Positions 9,596-19,290 are shown, counted from the first letter of the stretch. The stretch: 52,880 nucleotides of DNA from Candidatus Pacearchaeota archaeon (GCA_017609885.1 JAFCDB010000013.1:1-52880), one strand, 5' to 3'. Translations and numbers: made by a program. Notes: a model not told the origin generated them from the sequence alone.

Positions 9596-10114
9596 ATGAA
9601 AACCCACGAAATAATCAATCTCCTGCTAAGATACACAATCCTCCTAATCTTAGGACTCGGAAACCTCTACTTTATCTACCTTATCTTCACACCATTAACA
9701 ATTTACCCTATCTTCGCTTTCCTCAAAATATTCTATCAAACAACCCTCATAGAAACAACAATCTTAATAGAAAACAAAATCATAGAACTAATTCCTGCAT
9801 GCATTGCAGGCGCTGCGTTTTACTTTCTTATAATATTAAACCTCACAACTAAAATGCCAATTAAAAAACGAATTTACTCTCTCACTTACTCTTTAGCATT
9901 CCTCTTGCTCTTAAACATCTCAAGAATAATTCTTCTAACACTATTTTTTATAAATTCCCTCTCGTTTTTTGACATAACTCACAAAATTTTTTGGTATGGA
10001 TTAAGTACGGTTTTTGTCGTCTGCATTTGGTTTTCTGAAGTAAAAATTTTCAAAATAAAAGACATTCCAATTTATTCAGATATTTTAAGAATCAAATCTT
10101 TAGTGAAATTATGA
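9596..10114 (+). CDS. Archaeosortase/exosortase family protein (pacearchaeosortase-like)
   Basis: Multi-TM; catalytic-type Cys (IPACIAG), Arg (NISRI) and His (ITHKIFW); likely start ATG 9596 (MKTHEII). Confidence 0.85.
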   Translation: MKTHEIINLLLRYTILLILGLGNLYFIYLIFTPLTIYPIFAFLKIFYQTTLIETTILIENKIIELIPACIAGAAFYFLIILNLTTKMPIKKRIYSLTYSLAFLLLLNISRIILLTLFFINSLSFFDITHKIFWYGLSTVFVVCIWFSEVKIFKIKDIPIYSDILRIKSLVKL

Positions 10115-10124
10115 AAACCTTTGG

Positions 10125-10203
10125 ACATTTTTCTCTATGCTCCCCGCCCACCCAATATTGCTCGACTTCGTCTAGCAATGTCAAATTTAAATCGAAAAAT
10201 ATC
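10125..10203 (+). repeat. Free-standing diverged copy of the MITE inner hairpin unit
   Basis: ACATTTTTCTC...CCCGCCC.CCCA..ATTGCTCGAC...GTCTAGCAATGT...GAAAAAT matches the interior of 22409-22573 but has no TIRs. Confidence 0.75.
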
Positions 10204-10235
10204 TATTAATCAAAACATTTCATTAAAGTTAAGAA

Positions 10236-11120
10236 TTAAAGCGGTTCGTTAGTAAATCTCGCAAGTGTTGCAATTTGCAGCTTCTCAACAACTTCAATAT
10301 CCTCGCAATTGTTCACACTTAAAACATAACAATTTGGATTTTCCTCATCTTGATAAATCCCGCTCTCATTCCCAACTGTTAAAATAAAAACAGTATTCTT
10401 GGGCTTGTTTTCGCAGGTTACAAATTCCCTGTCATGTTCCTCTGCTGATTTTTCTGTTGTAACCGCAGTTATTAAATCAAATTTCATTTCAGTCATAAAT
10501 CTCCCAAAATTAATTAATGCAAGCGTCCCGCACTCATTAATCCCAGAATCCAAATCAATTGAAAGATAAACAGGATTATTCAGAATATAATTTATATCTC
10601 CCCCTTCGATTGGAATATTCAATTTCCGAGGGTCATTTCTAAACGGCATTTTAAATCCAATTGCCTGTCCTGTAATACTCTGCCCAGTCATAACTGTAGT
10701 GTGAATTGGAATGTTGCCGAACATTTCTTTCTGCCATGTTAATCCAATATATTCGTAGGTTTTTGATTCTGCTCCAAACCATGCAAAAAAGAAAATTCCA
10801 ATAACAAAAATAGCCATCACAGCAATAATCCATTTTAATTGACTATCTTGTTTTTCAGAAATTTTTTCTTTTGGTTTTTCCTGAGTTTCTTTTTTGTTTT
10901 CGTCTTTTTCTAAATTATCATCTAATTCTTCATTTTTTTCCTCTTTCTTATTTTCTTCTTTTTCTTCATGCTCTTTTTCTTTAGGTTCCTTTTCTTTTTT
11001 ACTTTCATCTTCTCCTTCAGTTTCCACCTTGCTTTCACTACTTTCATCAAATGGCTCGCTTTTTTCAGATTCGTTTTTTATTTCTTTTTTCTCTTCTTTA
11101 TTTTCTTCTTCTTCTTCCAT
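10236..11120 (-). CDS. Hypothetical protein: Glu/Lys-rich disordered N-terminus, TM helix, extracellular domain
   Basis: 294-aa ORF, single TM, C-terminal domain resembles the adjacent 196-aa protein. Confidence 0.75.
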   Translation of the reverse strand: MEEEEENKEEKKEIKNESEKSEPFDESSESKVETEGEDESKKEKEPKEKEHEEKEENKKEEKNEELDDNLEKDENKKETQEKPKEKISEKQDSQLKWIIAVMAIFVIGIFFFAWFGAESKTYEYIGLTWQKEMFGNIPIHTTVMTGQSITGQAIGFKMPFRNDPRKLNIPIEGGDINYILNNPVYLSIDLDSGINECGTLALINFGRFMTEMKFDLITAVTTEKSAEEHDREFVTCENKPKNTVFILTVGNESGIYQDEENPNCYVLSVNNCEDIEVVEKLQIATLARFTNEPL

Positions 11121-11121
11121 C

Positions 11122-11712
11122 TTAATTTTGAATCTCCAGAACTTTAAAAATTATTCTATCAACAGCTCTGCTCTGCTCTTTGTCTTCTGCATTAATAAAG
11201 ACACAATTCTGCTCTTTATAAATTTTTATACTCTCTGAAACATTGTTTTCATTAAAAACAATTACATTGCTTGAGCAATTTTTTATAACAAATTCTCCTC
11301 GGCACTTTTTGTTTTCTAAACAAACTTCCTGCGCTCTCTCTGAAAATCTGCCAAGATTATACAAAAATTCATTCATTGCATTTTCATTTCCATAAACATA
11401 ATACAGCGGTTTGTTGTAAAAATAACTTCTGCTAAATATAAAATCCATAGAAATATTTTCAGTTTCCAGCGGATTGTATCTTGTTGTAAATGTCTCACCA
11501 TCAATCTCAACTTTCCAATATCCATTTTGATTTCTCACAAATTCAAATCCTTGATATTCTATTTTATCTGGATTGTTTCCTCCTCCGCCTCGATTAAAAA
11601 GTGAAAATCCGAGGGGACTCAAAACCATTAGTGCAATAAGCACGCCCCCAACCACCCACGCCTTAATATTCTGTCTTTTTTCAATATCTTCCTTAGATTT
11701 AATCTTCCTCAT
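11122..11712 (-). CDS. Hypothetical membrane-anchored protein
   Basis: 196 aa, N-terminal TM, 'Y.G.EF...NGYW', 'DRIIFK.L.I' end; co-oriented downstream of the S-layer gene. Confidence 0.75.
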   Translation of the reverse strand: MRKIKSKEDIEKRQNIKAWVVGGVLIALMVLSPLGFSLFNRGGGGNNPDKIEYQGFEFVRNQNGYWKVEIDGETFTTRYNPLETENISMDFIFSRSYFYNKPLYYVYGNENAMNEFLYNLGRFSERAQEVCLENKKCRGEFVIKNCSSNVIVFNENNVSESIKIYKEQNCVFINAEDKEQSRAVDRIIFKVLEIQN

Positions 11713-11795
11713 AAACTAACAACTAAAAATTTGTTTTTAAAACTTTCCAAATAGAAGGGAAAAAATAAAGAAAAAGAAAAAAATAAAAAATAAAA

Positions 11796-14174
11796 TTATG
11801 CTACCACTGCTGCATCACTTGCTGTAGTTCCAGTATACTTAGTTCCTTCTGCAATCTCGATTGTTCCTGTAGTCAAAGCGTTTGCTGCATTTGTTGTATC
11901 AATTGCATTATATCCTGCAACCAAAGTCGCAACTTTTGAAGCGTAAGGTGACTTGAATGTCTCAATTAGATATTCGCCCGCACCTACACCTGTCTTAGTT
12001 TGGAATTCAGCTTCACATAAACTGCCTCCAAGAAGTTCAGCTGCAACTGTGTTAATACAACTTCCACCAACAACAATCATGTTTTTACCTACTCCAGAAG
12101 CTTCTGCATCTGTTATCGGAACGATGTTTCCACTACCTTCTCCAAAACTTGTGTCTGGTGATGCAAGGTGTAACTTACCTTCAGCCTCGCCTCCATGGTA
12201 TTTAAGTGTAACCTTATACTGGTCACCGCTTTTATCCCACAAAATCTCTGTTGCAAGTGCTGAATATGCAAATGATCTGAAAACATCTGTAGATTGTATT
12301 TCTTCAAGTGTTGCATCTTCTCCAACAATATCTGTAACAGATACTTGAGGTGTTGATGCAGAATTAAATCCTAATGTCAGATTAATACTATTTCCAGCAC
12401 CAATGGCTCCATCTTTGTCTTCTTCTTGGAAAACAAGATTAAATGTATTTGTTGCATTTCCAGTATCAACATAATCTGTGCTTATTACTCCAATTTGCCC
12501 ATTCTGTCCATCAGCGCCAAGAAAATCAGATGTATTAAGATAGGGTAGATAAACTCTCATGCCCTCTTTTGAATAAAGCTGATAGAAGTTAACATTAGTT
12601 CCTGAAGTAATGTTTAAAGTTTCTTGATTTGTTGCAATTCCATCAAGAACAATTTCTACATTTCCAATAGTGATGGTGTCATCATCTTTTGCTTTTGATT
12701 GAATAGTAACCCATTCTCCATCTTTTTTATACTGAACATTAGTATAATTAATACTACTAGTTGTTGTAAATCCATTTACTCTCATTAAATAAGATTCAGC
12801 ATCATTACCATCATTAAATGAAGCTACAAAATAATCATGGATATTTCCATCAAAATCAATTGTTGAATTAATACTACTTAACAACATATTATCTTCGTCT
12901 TTACCTGTTGAATTGTACACCGAAGTATTTGCTGCATAAAGAATGGAGATATCTTCAACACTATCTTTTAGTGGAAAATTATCTAATTGGATGTATGAAT
13001 CAGATCCTGCAATAATCTTGATTTCTTCTTCTACTGGATATTCCATTCCTGTAAAAGCTAACTTAACAGCCTCAAATCCAGGCATTACAGGTGAACTATC
13101 AGGAGCAATAAATAAATCATCATTTGCCTTCCAATTAATCACAAGTTTATCAAGTTTTGATGCACTAGTGTAAAAATTCACTTTTAAATTGTTAATTGAT
13201 TCATCATTTATTTCAATATTCGAGTTATTTACTAATTTAAGTTTACCTGAACCAATAGCAAATTCTGCAGTTTTAATACCTCCAGCATAATCATTAACAT
13301 TCACTTCTTTAACTCCTATATAGGCTTCCTTATCAGTACCACTACATATCTTTTGAGTTTTAGTTGCAGCCAATAATCCTGTAGGACTATCTTGACAATC
13401 AACAGTTAATTTAACACCACTACTACCAATAAATGAAAAACCAACAGTATATACTTTTCCATTAACAGTTAAAGTAGTTGTTTCTCCATCATTTAATGAT
13501 GTACTATCTGCAGCATCAAGTAATTCCATTGTTTGACTAGAATTTGTTGCACTCAAAATATAATACTCTTTGCCTAAAAGTGGTAGAGTAGCAGTTGCTA
13601 AATCAGCCCATTCAGGATCAGTACTAAATTCTAAGGAGTAATTTAATATGTAATCATTGTTGGAAATTTTAACTCCTACTGTAGGTTCATCTTCTTTGTA
13701 ATCACCACTTTCAAACATTGTAACATTTAAATTTGCCATATCTATTTTTTGACTATACTCAAATTCATCGTGGTCATCATCTTCAAATTTACCATCTGCT
13801 AAAAGTGTTGGAAGTCCATTTCCAGGACTGGTGTCTGTAACCGAAGTAGCTACAACATCCCATAAACTTTTTCCTAATTGGAATTTAGTAGATGATTTTT
13901 CAAACAAAACACTATCGCCTCCTGTTGGGGGGGCTGTTGTTGTAACTACACTACCTGCAAGTCCTGTTGCTAAATTGCTACTAATATCTATTGCTGCTAA
14001 CATATCTGAGTTCGCTGCTACAGAACCTACAACAATTGCCACATCAGATGCTCCTCCGTCTACAAACGGAGCAGGATAAGTTGCAGCTGTTGCAGCTGCT
14101 GCAAATCCCATTGTTGAACCTAGCATAACTGCGCTAGCTAAAACAGAAGTCATTTTTTTAAAATCAAATTTCAT
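11796..14174 (-). CDS. Major S-layer protein
   Basis: KK..S.LAS..M.G.T signal, YPAPFV.GG..DVAIVVGS (S-layer N domain), N.IVVGG.CIN.VAA.LL and LVAGY.A.DT..AA (C domain); strong SD AAAGGAGGT. Confidence 0.9.
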   Translation of the reverse strand: MKFDFKKMTSVLASAVMLGSTMGFAAAATAATYPAPFVDGGASDVAIVVGSVAANSDMLAAIDISSNLATGLAGSVVTTTAPPTGGDSVLFEKSSTKFQLGKSLWDVVATSVTDTSPGNGLPTLLADGKFEDDDHDEFEYSQKIDMANLNVTMFESGDYKEDEPTVGVKISNNDYILNYSLEFSTDPEWADLATATLPLLGKEYYILSATNSSQTMELLDAADSTSLNDGETTTLTVNGKVYTVGFSFIGSSGVKLTVDCQDSPTGLLAATKTQKICSGTDKEAYIGVKEVNVNDYAGGIKTAEFAIGSGKLKLVNNSNIEINDESINNLKVNFYTSASKLDKLVINWKANDDLFIAPDSSPVMPGFEAVKLAFTGMEYPVEEEIKIIAGSDSYIQLDNFPLKDSVEDISILYAANTSVYNSTGKDEDNMLLSSINSTIDFDGNIHDYFVASFNDGNDAESYLMRVNGFTTTSSINYTNVQYKKDGEWVTIQSKAKDDDTITIGNVEIVLDGIATNQETLNITSGTNVNFYQLYSKEGMRVYLPYLNTSDFLGADGQNGQIGVISTDYVDTGNATNTFNLVFQEEDKDGAIGAGNSINLTLGFNSASTPQVSVTDIVGEDATLEEIQSTDVFRSFAYSALATEILWDKSGDQYKVTLKYHGGEAEGKLHLASPDTSFGEGSGNIVPITDAEASGVGKNMIVVGGSCINTVAAELLGGSLCEAEFQTKTGVGAGEYLIETFKSPYASKVATLVAGYNAIDTTNAANALTTGTIEIAEGTKYTGTTASDAAVVA

Positions 14175-14556
14175 ATTTTTTACCTCCTTTCAATTGTATT
14201 TTACTTATCGACTTAACGGCGTGTCAAAAATTGACATTCACATCTCTGTCGTCGGCAAACTTTTCAATAATTTATATAATTTTAAGTCCTTTATAAATTT
14301 TTTGCTTTAATTTTTAAAATTTACTTTGAAATTGTGATTTCTTTTATAAAACTTGTGTTATCACTAAAAATATAGACACATTATTGAAATTGAAAATAGA
14401 AAGGTTTATTAAGGTATATGGCTTTTAGTTACATATATGTTTTATTCAAACATATAACTTAAAAGTATATGTTAAATACATATGGCAAAAAAACCATATA
14501 TCGTTTACCGACGATAAAAAACTTTAAGAGAAAATGAAAAAAAGAAACTTTCCAAC

Positions 14557-14685
14557 ATATAAATTGCAGGAACAATTTACATAATCAAATGAGGGAACAT
14601 TTTCAGATATAAATTGCAGGAACAATTTACATAATCAAATGAGGGAACATTTTCAGATATAAATTGCAGGAACAATTTACATAAT
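14557..14685 (+). repeat. Perfect 50-bp tandem repeat, about 2.6 copies
   Basis: ATATAAATTGCAGGAACAATTTACATAATCAAATGAGGGAACATTTTCAG at 14557 and 14607, partial at 14657. Confidence 0.95.
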
Positions 14686-15037
14686 GGCAGAAAAAACAAG
14701 AATAATTGATATTTATGAAAAAGGCGGAACTTTTGCATCTGTCTTTAGAAGATTTAAAGGAGAGAAAAAAGATTACAATTATTCTGACCTTTCTTTGCTT
14801 AGACAAATCTTCAGTAATGAAAAAGCCCGGCTATTGAATGTAATAAAAATGAAAAAACCAGCATCTCTTTACAGTTTGGCGAAATTTCTTGGAAAAGATT
14901 TTAAGACAGTAAGACAAGATGTGCTTTTATTAAAAAAATTCGGATTTATAGATTTAATTCAGGAAAAACACGGAAACAGAATAACCCATAAACCAGTTTT
15001 AACAGCAACAATAGTAAACATAATTATAAGAATTTAG
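14684..15037 (+). CDS. Winged-helix transcriptional regulator (HVO_A0114-like)
   Basis: 'LS.LR.IFS.EK.RLL..IK..KP.S.Y.LAK.LG.DFK.V..DV..L...G.I.L' HTH. Confidence 0.8.
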   Translation: MAEKTRIIDIYEKGGTFASVFRRFKGEKKDYNYSDLSLLRQIFSNEKARLLNVIKMKKPASLYSLAKFLGKDFKTVRQDVLLLKKFGFIDLIQEKHGNRITHKPVLTATIVNIIIRI

Positions 15038-15537
15038 TTTTGACAAACTTCAAACCGCATGATTATCTCTTGTCTATCTGCTGCTCTAAACTCTTTTTCA
15101 TTGTAAATCCTTGCACCTGAACAATCTCCAACTCCTTCCTGAACAGGACTAATCAACTCTACATTTTCATCATAATAAATTTCTAATTTATAATATTGTG
15201 TTCTTGAGTTCTCGCCAACAACATAAGTGCTGCTTTCTAAAATCTCCTCCAAAGTTTCTTCAAGCACCTCACAAACTAATTCTCCATTAGCACACTGTTC
15301 ATTATCATAGCATTTTACAACTAAATCCCCGATTGTCTGAAATTTCGTTTCAGGAATTTCACAATCTGTAGTAAAATAACTAACTGCAGATAAAAAACTA
15401 TTCAACTCCTCATTTATTTCTATGGAATCTGTATTTGATTTTCTCAATGAAATTCCAAGGAAAATCACCGCAATTACTGCAACTATTACAACAATCAGCA
15501 CAAATCCCACAATTTCTTCCTGCGCTTTTTTCCTCAT
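15034..15537 (-). CDS. Class III signal peptide (type IV pilin-like) protein
   Basis: MRKKA|QEEIVGFVLIVVIV.. prepilin-peptidase-type motif + hydrophobic helix. Confidence 0.75.
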   Translation of the reverse strand: MRKKAQEEIVGFVLIVVIVAVIAVIFLGISLRKSNTDSIEINEELNSFLSAVSYFTTDCEIPETKFQTIGDLVVKCYDNEQCANGELVCEVLEETLEEILESSTYVVGENSRTQYYKLEIYYDENVELISPVQEGVGDCSGARIYNEKEFRAADRQEIIMRFEVCQN

Positions 15538-16040
15538 TCTAATTCCTCCTCAACTTCAATCATCAAAAATCCAATTTCACATCTGTCATAACTTTCTCCT
15601 GAAACACTATCTTTTCTGCACAAAGCAACATAAGAACCGATCGGTGCATTGCTCTTTTTCGTAAACAATTTTATAACATTGCAATTTGGATAATTTCCTT
15701 CATTACATTCAACTTCGTTGTTCACAGGGTAAAGTTTCTTCACAATAATTCCTTTAACACCCCAAAACCCCTTATATTCTCTTGCATTTTTCAAAACCAT
15801 CAACTTATCCATATCAATTCCTCTTGGAATCCCTTCAAAATTAAATTCTGGCGTAGAAGCAATTTTTGTAACAAGTCCCACTGCCTTTTCCCTCCTAAGC
15901 TCCAAAACATCGTTCTGTAAATTAAATGTCTTGACAGAAACATAAAACAAAAAAACAAGAATGAAAAAAACTGTCACTGCAACTAGCATAAACGCCATCT
16001 GCTGGATTTTCAGTTGTCCTTTATTTAAAACAATCGACAT
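15534..16040 (-). CDS. Class III signal peptide (type IV pilin-like) protein
   Basis: NKG|QLKIQQMAFMLVAV.. motif; start position uncertain. Confidence 0.7.
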   Translation of the reverse strand: MSIVLNKGQLKIQQMAFMLVAVTVFFILVFLFYVSVKTFNLQNDVLELRREKAVGLVTKIASTPEFNFEGIPRGIDMDKLMVLKNAREYKGFWGVKGIIVKKLYPVNNEVECNEGNYPNCNVIKLFTKKSNAPIGSYVALCRKDSVSGESYDRCEIGFLMIEVEEELE

Positions 16041-16996
16041 TCTGCACCTCTATTTATTTCATTAATTTCTTCTGCTTTTATTTTGATAAGATTCAAATTT
16101 TCTAACTCATTAAAATTTTCTGCCATTTCCATCAAAGAAGAAATATCTCCTGCCAATCCTGTTCCACATCCTTTAATAGAAACAAATCTTGCTTTTTCAA
16201 GATAAATCTCACTCAAATGCTTTAATCTCATCATCAACCTTTCAACACCGCACTGGTAATTTCCCGGTGAACTGAAAATCGCAGCATACATTAAATTATC
16301 AATAAAATACAATTCCTCGTCATTTTTCAAAACAAAACCCCTTTCATAACCCTCGCAACTAATTCCTTGGCAAGCACTTTGAACAACAATATCACAATTT
16401 CCGTGAGCAAAACAAACACTTACACTATCTCTCGCACACTCAGAAACATCGTCTGTAATGTTCATATTTGAACCATCTTCATAAGATAAATCCTCGACAA
16501 AATCTGCTATATCGTCAGGAGGAGAAACAAAGCAATATTGTTTTGTGTGCATTATGACAATGTCTGCAGTTTTGTAAGGCATCTTAAATGGCATAATTAA
16601 ATAATAAAGTTTTTCCCCTTGGATTTGGTCCTCTGCAAAAATATACTGATTTTTTGAAGCAGGAATTTCCCCTCCCAAATCACTCCAGTCTTGTCCTTGA
16701 AGCTCAATTTTTTCAGAAACCTGCAATTTATTTTCTCCAAATTTTCCAGTTAATCTGCAAGAAGTGAAAATTTTTGTTTCTTTTGCAAGTTCAATATTGT
16801 TAATTTTTGCTTCTTCTGTAGCTGTTTGCAGAGGGTCGAGGAGATTTGAAAGTGCCTGCGCAGTTTTTGTATTTATTTCATAAGTTCCTGTATTTATTAA
16901 TCCAATTGCAAAAAAAATCGCAATAAACAAAATAACAGCTCCTGCAACAATTGCAAAAATCCACGCAAAACTCATCTGAAAACCTTTCTTATCCAT
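16025..16996 (-). CDS. Class III signal peptide (pilin-like) protein, Cys-containing
   Basis: MDKKG|FQMSFAWIFAIVAGAVIL.. Confidence 0.75.
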   Translation of the reverse strand: MDKKGFQMSFAWIFAIVAGAVILFIAIFFAIGLINTGTYEINTKTAQALSNLLDPLQTATEEAKINNIELAKETKIFTSCRLTGKFGENKLQVSEKIELQGQDWSDLGGEIPASKNQYIFAEDQIQGEKLYYLIMPFKMPYKTADIVIMHTKQYCFVSPPDDIADFVEDLSYEDGSNMNITDDVSECARDSVSVCFAHGNCDIVVQSACQGISCEGYERGFVLKNDEELYFIDNLMYAAIFSSPGNYQCGVERLMMRLKHLSEIYLEKARFVSIKGCGTGLAGDISSLMEMAENFNELENLNLIKIKAEEINEINRGAECRLF

Positions 16997-16997
16997 T

Positions 16998-17492
16998 TTA
17001 TGCTCTTGAAATTGTCACAAGCTCATCTCTAATGTCTTTTTTAATTTCAATTGAAAATCCTCCCTCTTTATTTTCAATACAATAAGGATTTTCTGGGAGG
17101 TTTAAATTTATGTGTTCTATTTCTGCAGAGTCAATTTCTGCAAATCTCCGAGGGTAAAAATAAAAATTGTCCCTATAATCAACATTATTTGCTATATCTT
17201 CATATTGCTCTTTGTATTTTCCTTTTTGTTCTTGGATTGCGTTGTAAAAACAGATGTGAGTTATCTCACTTCCCCTTAGATTAAAATTAACTACTCTTTC
17301 CTCACCGCCTGATGATTTCCAAACTCTTTCTATTTCAAAATCTAAATCATTAATAAATGCGCCAGTCTCAACATTGTCTCTAATTCCAAGAAAAACATTA
17401 ATAACATAAAACGCCACCGTAATGAAAACTATAATTAAGATAATTGAAAAAATCATCCCAAATGAAAGTTGAAACTGCCCCCTTTTTTTCAT
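16998..17492 (-). CDS. Class III signal peptide (pilin-like) protein
   Basis: MKKRG|QFQLSFGMIFSIILII.. Confidence 0.75.
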   Translation of the reverse strand: MKKRGQFQLSFGMIFSIILIIVFITVAFYVINVFLGIRDNVETGAFINDLDFEIERVWKSSGGEERVVNFNLRGSEITHICFYNAIQEQKGKYKEQYEDIANNVDYRDNFYFYPRRFAEIDSAEIEHINLNLPENPYCIENKEGGFSIEIKKDIRDELVTISRA

Positions 17493-17553
17493 ATATGGAA
17501 ATAGTTTGAGAGGTTATTAAATGTTTTTGTTAATAGTTGAAAAGAGAAGAATA

Positions 17554-17609
17554 AAATGTTACGTTCAAACGTAACATTTATATAGTATATGTTACGTTAT
17601 ACTGTAACA
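17554..17609 (+). promoter_or_regulatory. Two related palindromic operators flanking a TATA box
   Basis: AAATGTTACGTT-CA-AACGTAACATTT (17554-17579), TTTATATA, then TGTTACGTTATACTGTAACA (17590-17609). Confidence 0.65.
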
Positions 17610-18902
17610 ATGGAAATTCAAAAACTAGCAGAATGGAATCCTTGGTGGGAGAGTAAAGAAATAATCAAAGATTTTTTAGGGAAGCCCAGGCCAGAATACA
17701 AATCACTTATAAATTCAACTGAAATAAAAGAAATTATTATAATTACTGGAATAAGGAGATCTGGAAAAAGCACTTTGATGTATCAAATGATTGAAAATCT
17801 GTTCAAAAAAGGAATATCCTCTAAACAGATTTTATTTATCAATTTAGAAGACAAAAAATTAACAAATGACTCACTAGAAGAGATTTACGAAGCTTACAAA
17901 CAAGAAATAAACCCCGATGAAAAAACATATATTTTTCTTGATGAAATTCATAAAAAACAGGGATGGGAATCGTGGATACGAAAAAAATATGATTTAAAAA
18001 CAAAAGACAAATTTATAATTTCAGGCTCTTGTTCATATTTGCTAAAAAAAGAATATTCTACTCTTCTTACTGGAAGAAACTTAACTTTTGAAATATTTCC
18101 TTTAGGTTTCAGAGAGTATCTTTTTTTTAAAAATATTGAAGTTAACAAAAACAGCATAAAAAAAGGATTAATACAAAATAAAACAAAATTTTTGATATTA
18201 AAAAATTTAAATGAATATCTGTATCTCGGAGGTTTTCCAGAAATAATAATAAAACAAAAAGAATATCAAATGAAAATATTAAAACAATATTTCGACGATA
18301 TTTTGTACAAAGACATAATAGATAGATATAATTTAAATCCTCAAAAATCAGAAGACCTTGCACTATTTTTAATAACAAACTTTACAAGTTTGATTTCACT
18401 AAGAAACACAAGAAATTCTTTAGATATGTCATACGATACAATTAAAAATTATCTGAGTTATTTTAAAGAAGCTTATTTATTTTTCATATTAAACAAATTT
18501 TCATATTCTTTTAAAGAGCAAAAATCAGTTGCTCCAAAAATTTATTGCATAGACAACGGATTGAGGAATGCTGTTTCATTTAAGTTTTCAAAAGATTATG
18601 GAAAACTTGCTGAAAATCTTGTTTTTGTTGAATTAAGAAGAAGAAATAAAAATATTTATTATTGGAAAGAAAAGTCAGAAGTAGATTTCGTAATTAAAAA
18701 CAGCGACCATACACTAAATGCAATAAAGGTTACATACAATGATGAGATTGACAAAAGAGAAATTCAGGGTTTGTTGAATTTTAAAAATAAATATAAAAAA
18801 TGCAGGGAATTAATATTAATAACAAAAAATTTAGAAAAAGAGGAAAAAATAGATAATAAAAAAATAAAATTTATTCCTTTGTGGAAATGGTTGCTTGAGT
18901 GA
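17610..18902 (+). CDS. AAA+ ATPase, COG1373 type (AAA_14 + DUF4143)
   Basis: NPWW, Walker A GIRRSGKS, Walker B FLDEIH, LTGR, GGFPE, K.Y..D.G, EN.V..EL, EVDF; likely start ATG 17610. Confidence 0.92.
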   Translation: MEIQKLAEWNPWWESKEIIKDFLGKPRPEYKSLINSTEIKEIIIITGIRRSGKSTLMYQMIENLFKKGISSKQILFINLEDKKLTNDSLEEIYEAYKQEINPDEKTYIFLDEIHKKQGWESWIRKKYDLKTKDKFIISGSCSYLLKKEYSTLLTGRNLTFEIFPLGFREYLFFKNIEVNKNSIKKGLIQNKTKFLILKNLNEYLYLGGFPEIIIKQKEYQMKILKQYFDDILYKDIIDRYNLNPQKSEDLALFLITNFTSLISLRNTRNSLDMSYDTIKNYLSYFKEAYLFFILNKFSYSFKEQKSVAPKIYCIDNGLRNAVSFKFSKDYGKLAENLVFVELRRRNKNIYYWKEKSEVDFVIKNSDHTLNAIKVTYNDEIDKREIQGLLNFKNKYKKCRELILITKNLEKEEKIDNKKIKFIPLWKWLLE

Positions 18903-19290
18903 GGGGAAAATTGCTCTGCTCCCAATCTCGCTCGCCCAATTAAATCCTTGTGACTCCCACTCGTGAGATTGCTCACCTTTGGCTCGGATTTTGAATTTTT
19001 CCCTCAGAGTTCGGGAAAAATTCCAGGGAAATAATCAAATTCATAAAATTCTTACTAAGATTTGTAGATTTGGTTTTCTTTAGTTTTGAATGAATGTAAT
19101 CTAAATCGTAGTGAATATTGTTCAATACATTAGCATTTTTCCCGCGGAGAATCTTTCTCGCAACCTGACTCGCCTTTCTTTCCTTGCAAATCTTTTGTAC
19201 CACTCGTCAAATTGCTCGCGAAGGTAGATTCGGAAGCAATTTCTATTTCTCTTCCCCTTCCCAAATTTCTCCAAAAAATTCCCATCAACA
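18900..19290. repeat. Composite of modular intergenic repeat blocks
   Basis: Contains inverted copies of the 9380-9506 blocks, a match to 136-159 (reverse complement) and GATTCGGAAGC shared with 45159. Confidence 0.7.

Noticed and set aside
14557-14685. Mini CRISPR array (29-nt repeat x3)
   Set aside because: The two 21-nt 'spacers' are identical and short, and no cas genes are present; it is a tandem duplication.
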